Source: Candidatus Eiseniibacteriota bacterium
GTDB lineage: Bacteria; Eisenbacteria; RBG-16-71-46
Assembly: GCA_963707915.1 (NCBI GenBank)
Contig: OY970178.1
Span: 2,912,001-2,976,000 of the forward strand
Length of the DNA stretch: 64,000 nt
Direction: 5' to 3'
Shown: piece by piece, positions 27,466 through 37,055 of the stretch
Numbering within the stretch: position 1 is the stretch's first letter
Layout: each line of letters begins with the position of its first letter
Program-made: the position numbers and the translations under genes
Notes under the pieces: generated by a model
What the model was told of the DNA's origin: nothing
The model's input: the letters and a program-made list of their open reading frames with translations, nothing else
Database searches by the model: none

Positions 27466-30400
27466 ATGAGAAAGTCGTTTGTCGCGCTCGCCCTTCTCGT
27501 GGGGGCAGCGACGATGTTGACGACCCTGGCTTTTGCCCAGGAAGGAAGCACCCAGGATCAGGGCGCGATTCTCAAGATCAGGTCGAGCCTTGTCACCAAG
27601 GCCGCCCGTCTTGGGACGTCGGCAGCCACGGATACCCTGTGGGTCGGCCACACCACGGCCGCGACTCACAGCCATCCGTGGAACGTCGGCGTCGGCCCGA
27701 ACCGCCCTGGCGCGGGCGGGTCGTACAACGGCACGTGGGACTTCGACACCTTCGACAATGGCGCCGCGAGCGACTCGGCTCAGGGCTGGGTTCCGATGAA
27801 CTCGCCCAATCCCCGTACGAGCGGCACCATCTCTGACGACCTGCGTTCGTGGAACTGCCTCGACTGGGGCAACCGAATGAACGCCGCGGAGCGTCAGGGC
27901 CGTACGCCTGGCATCATCAGCGCGTGGCATGCGGACAACGGCGCGTACCCCGCGTACGTTGCCCCGATCTGCCCCACGTGCCCGCCGAACTCGTGGACCC
28001 CGCTCGCCGGCGCGAAGTCGGCGTGGTGCGGCCTGCGCGCCGGTGACGACTTCTCCGTCGTCGATGCGATTGCCTACGGCGGCACCGGCAACCACATCAA
28101 CGGCAACGCCCTGATCGGCCGCTTCGGAACGAACCTGAACTCGCAGGGCGGCAAGCAGACGCAGAAGAACTTCCCGGGCTACGCCAATCAGTGGGACCAG
28201 ATGATGTACCGGGACATCCGCGTCGCTTCCAGCACGCCGGTCACCGTCAGCTTCCTCTACGAGACCCAGATGGACACGCGGGCTGACGTTGCTCCGGCCA
28301 CGACGTCCGGCTGGTTCGACAAGGATCCGCTGAGCCTCCAGCAGGGCGGGTTCGGTGTCGCCGCGAACAACTTCATCAGCGCCTCGGCGGCCGGTGCCGC
28401 CAACGCGCCCGTCGATTCGTTCATGGTCTACGTGGGCGTGCCCACCGACCCGGCGGACTGCCGTTACACCGACTGGCTCTCGGGCGACCCGGCGCGGCCG
28501 ATCTTCGACCTGAAGCGCCGCTGGTTCTCGGAAGTCATCGCCGTCGACAAGCCGTATCACGAGATCCTCAGCACGTTCGGTCGTGACTCGGCGTTTGCGG
28601 CCTTGCCCTACTCGGCGACCGTGACCGCAGGGCAGATCGACGCCATGATCGCCGCCCAGGGCGGCGTTGGCGGCGGCGTGATCCGCGTCGTCTTCCGCGT
28701 CAAGACCAACGCGAACTACGCCGACGAGCAGAACACCGGCGGTTCGTTCAACTCGACCAACAAGGGCGCCGCCCGCATCGACCAGGTGGCGATCACGGGT
28801 GCCACGCCCGCCTTCACCACCAGCGGCTTCGAAACCGACGGCGAGATCGACAACACGATCGAAGGGGCCAACTCGGCCTCGCCCGGTCCGGCCGTCGGCG
28901 CGGGCTACGCGTTCGCGGCCTGGCACACGACCGGCAAGTCGCCGAAGATCATGCCTCACCTCCACCCGATCGCGGGCGGCGACATCGGCCCGGGCAACTC
29001 CTACACCGCGCTGGCCTACGCTGACCTGTGCGGCGTCTGGAATTCGCCCATCCGCGGGTGCAACATCAACGGCATCGTCGTCTCGATGACCGACCACGAC
29101 CTCCTCGAGGCCGCGGGCGGCGCGGACGGCACTCCGTTCAAGGAGGTCCGTCAGGGCTTCATCTCGCCGACCATCAACCTGGTCACGCCGGCGATGCCCG
29201 GGACCAACGACGTCGGCCTCGACGCGCAGCACGTCGCGACGAACCAGCCCTGGCTGCTCTTCAACGACCTGTACACCGGCATCTACGCCGACGTGTACGC
29301 CCAGGGCAACCTGTACGCGCTCACGCTGATCAGCTACCCGACGTTGCAGAAGAACGGTGCGACGATCTGGGGCGACCTCGGCGTCATCAGCTCCGTGTCC
29401 TGGTGGGGCGATTACTACTGCCTCCAGGATCAGAATACGGTGTCGGAGTTCATCAACACGTCGAACCCCACCGGTATCCCCGATTCGGTCAAGGTCGTGT
29501 TCTACCGCGAGCAGCGCTGCATCAGCTTCGGTGCGACGAACTGCTCTTCGACGGACGGTCACTACGTCGACAACATCGCGCTGGGGTTCCCCCCGCCGAC
29601 GACCGGTAGCTCCGACAACATCTCCATCGATATCTGGGATTGGTACACGGATGCCTTCCCGCGCAACGAGACGGTGGCGCTTCCTGGCACCGCCGGCTTC
29701 GACACCTGCGCGGCGAACATCTACAGCGCGTTCCAGCGCGCGACCGCTTCCACCGACGGCGTCCGGAGCAACATCGCCTCCGATACCATGTTCATCAAGG
29801 GGACGAACAGCACCGGCACCCCGGCGCGGATGGATGCCGTCTTCCGTGTCTACCCTGGTCCTGGCAACTACGTGATCCCCGGCAACCGGTCGTCGGGTCT
29901 GCGTCAGGTGCCGACCAGCACGACGCCCGCCGTCTCGGGTGATGCCTCGTTCTGGGGCCAGTACATGGCGGACCCGGGCACGTTCAGCAAGGGCGTGCAC
30001 ACGGGCGCTCCGTCGGGCTGGAACGTGGACACGTGGAACAGCGTCCGCGTCGACACGGTCGAGAACAACATCTTCCCGGCGATGGCGAACAACGCGAATC
30101 TTCCCGCCATCACGGCAGAGAACTGGGCAAGCATGATCTATGACGGTTCCGAGGGCGGAGTGGAGCCGAAGTTCGCCACCCTGGGAATCCTCAAGAACCG
30201 CTGCTTCCTGATCGATCCTTCTGCCGGCGCCGTGGTGAACCACACCAACATCGACTGCGCCACCGTGCCCGCCTGGGTGCTTCTGCCCGGGACCGGGTAT
30301 GACGGCAACCAGCAGACCCGGGAGTACACCTCGATCTTCCCGAGCGGGTTGCTGACGCCCGGATCGAGCATCGAGTACTTCTACCGCTTCTCCAAGCTCG

Positions 30401-31860
30401 CGAGCCCGGGCGTCATCGCCACGATGAACCCGGACACGGACGTGGTCTTCGTCCAGAAGGGCGGCCACTGGAACTACGACGGTCTGCGCTGGGCGAGCAT
30501 CTTCGTCCTGCCGGACAAGTGGAAGTCCATCGAGTACGGCGGCCTCGGCTCGGCCTGCATGCTGGTCGTGAACCAGCAGGCGCGTCGTGGAAACCTCAGA
30601 GGCTGGGCGGGCATCGCGGACTCCATCGGCGCCACCAGAGCCGCCAAGTACGGCGCGGGCAATGGCTGGCACTGCCAGGGTGGCTACATCGCGAGCGATG
30701 GTTCCGGCAACTACACGTCGGAGAAGAACTGCGGCACCGATCCCAACATCGCCGTGTGGCCGAACCGTGGCCAGATGGGCTCCACGTGGGATCGCTACAA
30801 CGTGACGTCGGCGGAGTCGCCGAGCGGCAACGCGGCTCACCTCGGCGGTCGTCTGGCGATCCTGGCCAGCGGCTACCAGCTGGGCAAGGACGCGAAGATC
30901 GGTCCGACGCCCGAAATGCTGAGCACCTACTACAACATGCTGTTCTTCCTCGCTGGCGACATGTCGGGTGTCTGGCTTGGCCCGAACACGAACCAGGGTT
31001 CGCAGGAAATGCTGATCATCGACGACTTCCTGAATGCCAGTGGCCAGAGAGGTGTCTGGATCATGGGTAACGGGTTCGTCGAGGGTCACGACGGTGCTTC
31101 CGCTGCGCACGACATCTTCCTGAACACGACGCTGGGCGTCGCGCTTCGGAGCCCGTCGTACTTCGCGCTGTCGGGCAGCAACGTCCTCTATCCGGACCTG
31201 ATTCCCCAGGGCACGATCATCAACTCGACGGGAGTCCGGTACTCGGTGGTGAATTCCTGCACGTGGACGAACGACGTCCTGACCGAGCAGTCGCCGGTCG
31301 GCGCCGTGCCCGCGACGATGTACCAGAATCTGGGTGCTTGCGTGAGTTGCGTCGCCGGCGTCTACACGCCCTACAACGCGACCCTGCATCCGTACACGAC
31401 GCTCGTGGACGGCTGGGACCTGGCGAACCTGACGAACAAGGGCGGTGGCAGCAGCCTGGGCCGCCTGGGTTACGTCATGGACGTCCTGGTGAACACGTTC
31501 GCTTCGGTCTGTGCGTTCACTGCCGCTCCGACCGTCGACGTGTTCCAGCCGAACGAGACCAGCGCCAGCTACATCAACCTGCTCGGCAACGTGGTGAACA
31601 ACCCGTTGTCGGTGGGCATGGCGACGGTCAACTTCACTCTCGCGAAGAACGATCTGGTGGACGTCAGGGTGTATGACGTCACGGGTCGTCTGGTGAAGAC
31701 GCTGGCGAACCGCCAGGCGTTCAAGGCCGGTCCGAGCAAGCTCGCTTGGGACGGACGGAACGACCAGGGTCAGGTGGTCGCGCGCGGTGTGTACTTCACC
31801 CAGGTGAAGTTCATCAACAGCGGCTTCGTGGACGCCAAGAAGGTCACGGTCCTGAAGTAA
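27466..31860 (+). CDS. Large secreted protein with C-terminal FlgD-Ig/T9SS-CTD-like domain (candidate major surface protein)
   Basis: GGAGG RBS; signal peptide ending AFA; G/N/T/S/W/Y-rich with Cys pairs; CTD VRVYDVTGRLVKTL...WDGRNDQG...GVYF...KKVTVLK. Confidence 0.8.
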   Translation: MRKSFVALALLVGAATMLTTLAFAQEGSTQDQGAILKIRSSLVTKAARLGTSAATDTLWVGHTTAATHSHPWNVGVGPNRPGAGGSYNGTWDFDTFDNGAASDSAQGWVPMNSPNPRTSGTISDDLRSWNCLDWGNRMNAAERQGRTPGIISAWHADNGAYPAYVAPICPTCPPNSWTPLAGAKSAWCGLRAGDDFSVVDAIAYGGTGNHINGNALIGRFGTNLNSQGGKQTQKNFPGYANQWDQMMYRDIRVASSTPVTVSFLYETQMDTRADVAPATTSGWFDKDPLSLQQGGFGVAANNFISASAAGAANAPVDSFMVYVGVPTDPADCRYTDWLSGDPARPIFDLKRRWFSEVIAVDKPYHEILSTFGRDSAFAALPYSATVTAGQIDAMIAAQGGVGGGVIRVVFRVKTNANYADEQNTGGSFNSTNKGAARIDQVAITGATPAFTTSGFETDGEIDNTIEGANSASPGPAVGAGYAFAAWHTTGKSPKIMPHLHPIAGGDIGPGNSYTALAYADLCGVWNSPIRGCNINGIVVSMTDHDLLEAAGGADGTPFKEVRQGFISPTINLVTPAMPGTNDVGLDAQHVATNQPWLLFNDLYTGIYADVYAQGNLYALTLISYPTLQKNGATIWGDLGVISSVSWWGDYYCLQDQNTVSEFINTSNPTGIPDSVKVVFYREQRCISFGATNCSSTDGHYVDNIALGFPPPTTGSSDNISIDIWDWYTDAFPRNETVALPGTAGFDTCAANIYSAFQRATASTDGVRSNIASDTMFIKGTNSTGTPARMDAVFRVYPGPGNYVIPGNRSSGLRQVPTSTTPAVSGDASFWGQYMADPGTFSKGVHTGAPSGWNVDTWNSVRVDTVENNIFPAMANNANLPAITAENWASMIYDGSEGGVEPKFATLGILKNRCFLIDPSAGAVVNHTNIDCATVPAWVLLPGTGYDGNQQTREYTSIFPSGLLTPGSSIEYFYRFSKLASPGVIATMNPDTDVVFVQKGGHWNYDGLRWASIFVLPDKWKSIEYGGLGSACMLVVNQQARRGNLRGWAGIADSIGATRAAKYGAGNGWHCQGGYIASDGSGNYTSEKNCGTDPNIAVWPNRGQMGSTWDRYNVTSAESPSGNAAHLGGRLAILASGYQLGKDAKIGPTPEMLSTYYNMLFFLAGDMSGVWLGPNTNQGSQEMLIIDDFLNASGQRGVWIMGNGFVEGHDGASAAHDIFLNTTLGVALRSPSYFALSGSNVLYPDLIPQGTIINSTGVRYSVVNSCTWTNDVLTEQSPVGAVPATMYQNLGACVSCVAGVYTPYNATLHPYTTLVDGWDLANLTNKGGGSSLGRLGYVMDVLVNTFASVCAFTAAPTVDVFQPNETSASYINLLGNVVNNPLSVGMATVNFTLAKNDLVDVRVYDVTGRLVKTLANRQAFKAGPSKLAWDGRNDQGQVVARGVYFTQVKFINSGFVDAKKVTVLK

Positions 31861-31872
31861 GCTGATCAGTAC

Positions 31873-31955
31873 GGTGGCCGTCCCGCCTTCGGGCGGGCCG
31901 GCCGCCCAGTCGACAAGCCGGCGGGCGGGGGTCCAACCCCCGCCCGCCGGCGTTT
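31873..31955 (+). terminator. Tandem hairpins including an intrinsic terminator
   Basis: TTCG-loop hairpin 31873-31906, then perfect 15-bp stem 31917-31951 followed by GTTT. Confidence 0.7.
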
Positions 31956-32118
31956 GGCCGGGCGATCCAGGACCCGGACCGGCGCGCGGCGCCATCGGTC
32001 CGGCGGGTCCACCGGCCGGCCGCGGGGGGGGGCGGAGGGCGCCCGGGTGGCGGGCCGGCGAAGGGCCCGCCGGGTTGCGCCTGGAGCCTCTTCAGCGTAC
32101 CCTACGCGCTCTTCCGGC

Positions 32119-32148
32119 TTGACGATTACTGGATACTGTTGCTAACCT
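32119..32148 (+). promoter_or_regulatory. Sigma70-type promoter of the lipoprotein operon
   Basis: TTGACG-N18-TAACCT with a TG extended -10. Confidence 0.6.
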
Positions 32149-32193
32149 CTCGTTACTTCCCTCCAACATGACTGGGCGTTCCAGGGGGCGCGG

Positions 32194-34413
32194 ATGCGCT
32201 TGAGTGCACGGGTCGTTCTGTGTTTGCTGGCGTTGTCGTTGGGAGCAGGTTCGGGGTGCCGCAAGCCGTTGGCCCCGAACATCGACAGGAACGAACCCCC
32301 CGAGACGTGGATCACGGCAGCGCCGCTGGACACGCTGACGCTCGAGGACAAGGACGGCCGGCCGGTCGACAAGGACGGCAACCTGATCACGGTGCCGGTC
32401 TCCCCCATGGAGATCCCGGTCCGCTTCCACCTGTACTGGGCGGGCTCCGACAAGGACGGCGCCGTCTCGGGGTTCTACTACGCGGTGGTGGAGACCTCGG
32501 TGATCGCGACCGACGGCTTCCTCCCGCCGCTGCCTGGACCGAATCCCGGCCAGTACCGGTTCACGACCAAGACCGACTCGACCTTCGTGTTCAAGGTCTC
32601 GGAGTTGTTCGCCTACCGGAAGCACGCCTTCTACATCTACTCGGTGGACAACCTGGGCAAGCCGGACCCCACGCCGGCCCGATTCATCTTCAGCGCCCTG
32701 GACAAGTTCCCGCCGCGGCCGGTCTTCGACCTCGCCCGGGCCACCGGCGAGATCGTCAGCCTCACGCCTGGCGGCGAGCCGGTCTCCGAATGGCAGACCT
32801 TCGACGTCACCGACACGCTGAAGCACGGGACGGTCACGAGGGACACGGTGCCGGTCTTCAGCCGGCTGGACTTCCGCTGGCATGGCGAGATCACCCAGCC
32901 CGGGACCTTCGTGGCGGGCTACAGTTACAAGCTCGACGAGCTCGAGTTCCAGCATGCGGACTCCTCGGTGAGGGCGGTTTCGTACGGCACGGGCCTGCCG
33001 GGCTCCTCGCCGGTCGCCCCGGGGCTGAAGATCTTCACGCTTCGTGCGCTCGACCAGGCCGAAGGCGCGGGTGAGACGACCCGGCGTTTCTTCATGAACT
33101 TCACGCCCGACACCTGGTGGGCCGGGCCCGCCCCCGAGGACTTCCCCGTGTCCACGGACGGGGAGTATGGCTCGCGCAGCGTGGACGTCATCAGTTGGCC
33201 GAGCCCGATCAGCCCGGCGTTCGTGACGAATCCTCCGCTGCCGGCAGGTTCCACGTTCGGTTCGGACTCGTTTGCGTACCGGCCCTCCAAGCGGTTCCCG
33301 CCGCGCCGGGACTTCGAGCGGCCCGGGACCTTCTACGAGATCTACAAGAACCGCTTCTATGCCCGCACCGAGGGCGACACCGTCCACATGAACTCGTGGA
33401 TCCTCCTGTGGAACGGTGGCTACGACAAGGACTCGCGTTACATCCCCAGGGTGGACAGCACGGACCAGCACCTGCAGAACCCGGACGGCAGCCTCGCCAC
33501 CGGAGAGGTGCTCGCGTCCGCGGGCCGGGTCGGTTCTCCGATCGGGTTCCGTTCCCAGGTCCCTTCCCGCCTGACTCCGGCTGGCCTGAAGAGCGTCCCG
33601 GCGCAGACCTCGATCTACCCGGTCTTCGAGCCCGCGTCGGTCTTCCGTTCCCCGCGGCTGGGGGGGTACTGGCGCATGCGGTCGGCGGGGAAGGCCTTCG
33701 CCCTGGCCCGTGCCGAGGACGCGGACGGCGGCCTCGACCAGACCGTGGTGGACCCGCTGCGGCTGGCCGAGACCGTGGACAACGGCGGAGGCACGCCGGC
33801 GGAACGCGCGCTGCGGCGCAAGGTGCTGGTCTTCTACGTAAACAAGGCGCCCGCGCTGGTCAGGACCGGGTCCCCGCCCTTCCAGCCCACCGACGGCCAG
33901 CTCATCAACTCCGTCCAGTGGACCTTCCTCCTGCGCGGCATGGACCTCGACCCGTTCGATTCCGAAGACGTCAACACCGGGGGCGGTGGTCCCACTCCGA
34001 AGACGATCATCCGCTACAAGATCACGCTCTACGGACAAGGATGGGTGGCACCCGACGGTCCCACGGGCCGCGACACGTCCTGGACCTACCTCCAGCCGAC
34101 GGGCCTGCCGTACATCCAGACCCTGGGCGGGGACCAGTCCCTGCTCTTCACCCCCGGCGGGACCATGGCGAAGAACATGTTCGCCTCGGGCCCGATCCGG
34201 GTGAGCATCCAGATCTGCGACTGCGCCGAGTGCGAGAGTGCGCCGGGACAGGGCCGCTGCGTCGAAGGCATCGACCCGTTCACCAAGCAGGTTCTCAACC
34301 CTGGAAACGTCATCACCGTCAATTACGAGAGGCCGCCAAGCGAGCCGGGACTTGGAGCCAGTTCATCGACCGGGGGCCAGCCGGGGCCCGACGCGTCGGG
34401 CAGGAGAGACTGA
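32194..34413 (+). CDS. Predicted lipoprotein with Ig/Fn3-like beta modules
   Basis: Lipobox-like GSGC (Cys22); NEPPETWI, WAGSDKDGAV..FYY, H.FYIYSVDNLG; C-terminal CDCAEC..C. Confidence 0.7.
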   Translation: MRLSARVVLCLLALSLGAGSGCRKPLAPNIDRNEPPETWITAAPLDTLTLEDKDGRPVDKDGNLITVPVSPMEIPVRFHLYWAGSDKDGAVSGFYYAVVETSVIATDGFLPPLPGPNPGQYRFTTKTDSTFVFKVSELFAYRKHAFYIYSVDNLGKPDPTPARFIFSALDKFPPRPVFDLARATGEIVSLTPGGEPVSEWQTFDVTDTLKHGTVTRDTVPVFSRLDFRWHGEITQPGTFVAGYSYKLDELEFQHADSSVRAVSYGTGLPGSSPVAPGLKIFTLRALDQAEGAGETTRRFFMNFTPDTWWAGPAPEDFPVSTDGEYGSRSVDVISWPSPISPAFVTNPPLPAGSTFGSDSFAYRPSKRFPPRRDFERPGTFYEIYKNRFYARTEGDTVHMNSWILLWNGGYDKDSRYIPRVDSTDQHLQNPDGSLATGEVLASAGRVGSPIGFRSQVPSRLTPAGLKSVPAQTSIYPVFEPASVFRSPRLGGYWRMRSAGKAFALARAEDADGGLDQTVVDPLRLAETVDNGGGTPAERALRRKVLVFYVNKAPALVRTGSPPFQPTDGQLINSVQWTFLLRGMDLDPFDSEDVNTGGGGPTPKTIIRYKITLYGQGWVAPDGPTGRDTSWTYLQPTGLPYIQTLGGDQSLLFTPGGTMAKNMFASGPIRVSIQICDCAECESAPGQGRCVEGIDPFTKQVLNPGNVITVNYERPPSEPGLGASSSTGGQPGPDASGRRD

Positions 34414-34414
34414 G

Positions 34415-37042
34415 ATGAAGACTCGTGCGATTGTCCCGGTGCTGGCGGTCCTGATTGGGATCGGGGGCGCGGGCTGCGGCAAGGCGTTGAGACTCACGAA
34501 GCTCCAGAACCAGCCACCGACCGTGAGCCTGACCTGGGCCCCGATCGCCTCGGACAGCAAGGTGTTCTACATCTACAAGTTGAACTGGGTGGGGTACGAC
34601 CCGGACGGGCGCGTGGTCCGCTTCGAATACGCGATCGACGCGCCGACCGCGACCGGCGCCGCGATCAACTGGCGGAGCACGACGAGGAACGAAGAGACCA
34701 TCCGATTCGAGTCCGCCACGCCCGAGCCCGGGTTCGAGCACACCCCGGTCCCCCGCAGCGAGGATTTCCACCGGTTCAGGATCCGCGCGGTGGACAACCA
34801 GGGCGCGGTGTCCGAGCCGGTCGAGCGCGCGTTCTATTCCTACGGCGTCGCGCCCACGGTGAACATCCTGGCGCCCGTGCCCCAGACGCTGCTCGTGGCC
34901 AGGGTGACGCCCGCAGTTCGCGTCAGCTGGTCTGGCAGGGACTTCATCGACCCGTACGGCAGCGCGTTCGACAAGCCGCTCTACTACAAGTACACGCTAT
35001 TCAAGCGGGGGAGCCCCGGCGTCAACTGGGACGCCTGGCTGCAGGACCCCGACTCGCTGCGCAGGGAGGTCGCCCCGGCCTTCACGGACTGGGACTCGAT
35101 CGGGCCCGAGAACCCGGAAGTGCAGTTCACGAACCTCACGACGGGCAGCGAGTACCTGTTCGTGGTCGTGGCCTTCGGGCGCTCGGGCGCGTACTCGTCG
35201 ATCTTCGGCCTCACCTCGAACATGCTGCGCATGCGCGTCGAGCTCGCCGGCGTGTTCGGGCCCAAGATCACGCTCTTCAACTCGTTCTTCCAGTACACGT
35301 ATTCGAGCGGCGGCTTCTCGCTGGATCCCGCCCGGGCCATCCAGCTGCAGGTGCCCGCCGCGGTGCCCATCACGTTCAACTGGACCGCCGAGCCGCCGCA
35401 GGGCTCGGTCATGAAGCGCTATCGCTGGGTGCTCGACCTCGTGGCCCTGGACGACGAGACGCCGCGCGTCAACCAGAACGACTGGTATCACTGGAGTCCG
35501 TGGAGCGGAGCCCTCTCGGCGACGATCGGCCCGTTCACCGGGTCGGAAGGGGACACCGGCGAGATCCACAACTTCTACCTCGAGGCCGAGGACATCAATG
35601 GCCTCGTGAGCCTGGGGTGGGTGCAGTTCCGCGTCTATCGGCCGGTGTTCGACCGGGACATCCTGGTCGTGAACGACACCCGGTTCCAGGCCGACCAGGT
35701 GTCGGGGATCCAGCCGCCGGGGCGGACCGACAGCCTGCGGGCTCCGACCGGCGTCTGGCCCTCCCGCGCCGAGCTGGACACGTTCCTCTTCGCCGTGGGC
35801 GGCGTGCCCTGGAGGATGAAGACCCCCGGCCTGTTGAGTCCGCGGGGGATCTTCAAGGGCTACAGCTTCGACACCCTGGGGACGCGCTACGGCCTGACGA
35901 ACCCGACGATCCCGCTCGGGTTGCTCGGCCACTACCGGCACATCGTGTGGATGAGTGATCGGGCCGGTTCCTACACGCTTGGGCCGAATTCCAACACGCT
36001 GCCCATGCCGACCCTGTACTACATGTCCGATCGCAACCGGCAGAACACGCTGGCGACCTGGGTGGGCCAGGGCGGCCAGTTGTGGGCGCTGGGTGGCGGG
36101 TTCGGCCACCAGACGAACGCGGTCTGGAACCGGGTGCCCAACGACGCCAACCAGGTCCGGACCTACAACTACGACGCCAACCCCTCGCTCTCCGACCTCA
36201 ATCCCGGGCTGTTCATGTACGACCTGACCCACTGGCGCTCGCAGTTCCGGGTCTACGGGCCGGTCTTCGTGCGGGTCGCGCGCTTCGACCAGCCGGACCC
36301 GACGGCGGTGGGGCAGCCGAACTACTGGAAGGGCGGGGTCTTCACCAACCCCGACGTGAACTACACGAGCCTGCCGACGACGCTCGGGTTCCGTACGCCG
36401 GCGACGGATCCGATCTGGCCGTTCCGCACGCCCACCGAGTTCTACATCGGCAACACCGGCAACACGCTCGGCGTCTACGTCGAGTACCTCACGCTGGAGA
36501 ACCGCATCCTCGAGATGGTGCCGGCGCCCACCGAGGCGAACCCGGACGCGACGATCGAGGTCTCCAAGCTCGACAGCCTGTACCTGGTGTACGGCAGGTC
36601 CTACCCCAAGCAGATGAACCAGTCGTACAACGGGGAGGGCGTGAACGTGATGATGACGTACTACCACGGGCAGGATAACGCGCCGCTGGTCTTCACCGGC
36701 ATGGCGATCTGGGACTTCCGCCGGACGGATTGTCAGTCGCTGGTGGACTTCGTCCTGGGCCGCCTGTGGGGACTGCAGAATAACTCCGTCAACAGCGCCG
36801 CCTCACGCGCCACGACGCCCAACTTCGTCCGGCGGGCCGCCGTCGCTGCGTCGCCCGTTCAGCGATCATTCGTGCCGGTGGATCAGCCGGCCGGTCAGCC
36901 GGTCTGGCAGCCGGTCGGGTCCGCGACCCGACAGCCGGTCGGTCAGCCCTCCCGGCCCGCGGTCGGTCAGCCGTCCCGGCAGCCAGTCCGGCAGCCGGTC
37001 GGCAAGCCGGCCGGCACCTCAACAATCCAGCGCTGGCGCTAA
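34415..37042 (+). CDS. Predicted lipoprotein, paralogue of the upstream gene, with an alpha/beta C-terminal domain and QP-repeat tail
   Basis: ATG one base after the previous stop; lipobox-like GAGC (Cys21); NQPPTVSL, WVGYDPDGRV..FEY, H.FRIRAVDNQG. Confidence 0.7.
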   Translation: MKTRAIVPVLAVLIGIGGAGCGKALRLTKLQNQPPTVSLTWAPIASDSKVFYIYKLNWVGYDPDGRVVRFEYAIDAPTATGAAINWRSTTRNEETIRFESATPEPGFEHTPVPRSEDFHRFRIRAVDNQGAVSEPVERAFYSYGVAPTVNILAPVPQTLLVARVTPAVRVSWSGRDFIDPYGSAFDKPLYYKYTLFKRGSPGVNWDAWLQDPDSLRREVAPAFTDWDSIGPENPEVQFTNLTTGSEYLFVVVAFGRSGAYSSIFGLTSNMLRMRVELAGVFGPKITLFNSFFQYTYSSGGFSLDPARAIQLQVPAAVPITFNWTAEPPQGSVMKRYRWVLDLVALDDETPRVNQNDWYHWSPWSGALSATIGPFTGSEGDTGEIHNFYLEAEDINGLVSLGWVQFRVYRPVFDRDILVVNDTRFQADQVSGIQPPGRTDSLRAPTGVWPSRAELDTFLFAVGGVPWRMKTPGLLSPRGIFKGYSFDTLGTRYGLTNPTIPLGLLGHYRHIVWMSDRAGSYTLGPNSNTLPMPTLYYMSDRNRQNTLATWVGQGGQLWALGGGFGHQTNAVWNRVPNDANQVRTYNYDANPSLSDLNPGLFMYDLTHWRSQFRVYGPVFVRVARFDQPDPTAVGQPNYWKGGVFTNPDVNYTSLPTTLGFRTPATDPIWPFRTPTEFYIGNTGNTLGVYVEYLTLENRILEMVPAPTEANPDATIEVSKLDSLYLVYGRSYPKQMNQSYNGEGVNVMMTYYHGQDNAPLVFTGMAIWDFRRTDCQSLVDFVLGRLWGLQNNSVNSAASRATTPNFVRRAAVAASPVQRSFVPVDQPAGQPVWQPVGSATRQPVGQPSRPAVGQPSRQPVRQPVGKPAGTSTIQRWR
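36884..37015 (+). repeat. About 11 degenerate 12-bp tandem repeats (CAGCCGGTCGGT-like) encoding QPxx tetrapeptides
   Basis: QPAG QPVW QPVG SATR QPVG QPSR PAVG QPSR QPVR QPVG KPAG. Confidence 0.85.
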
Positions 37043-37055
37043 CGGGAGCCGTCGA

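Noticed and set aside
36884..37015. Repeats here and at 62.9-64 kb as CRISPR arrays
   Set aside because: In-frame coding repeats without unique spacers; no cas genes
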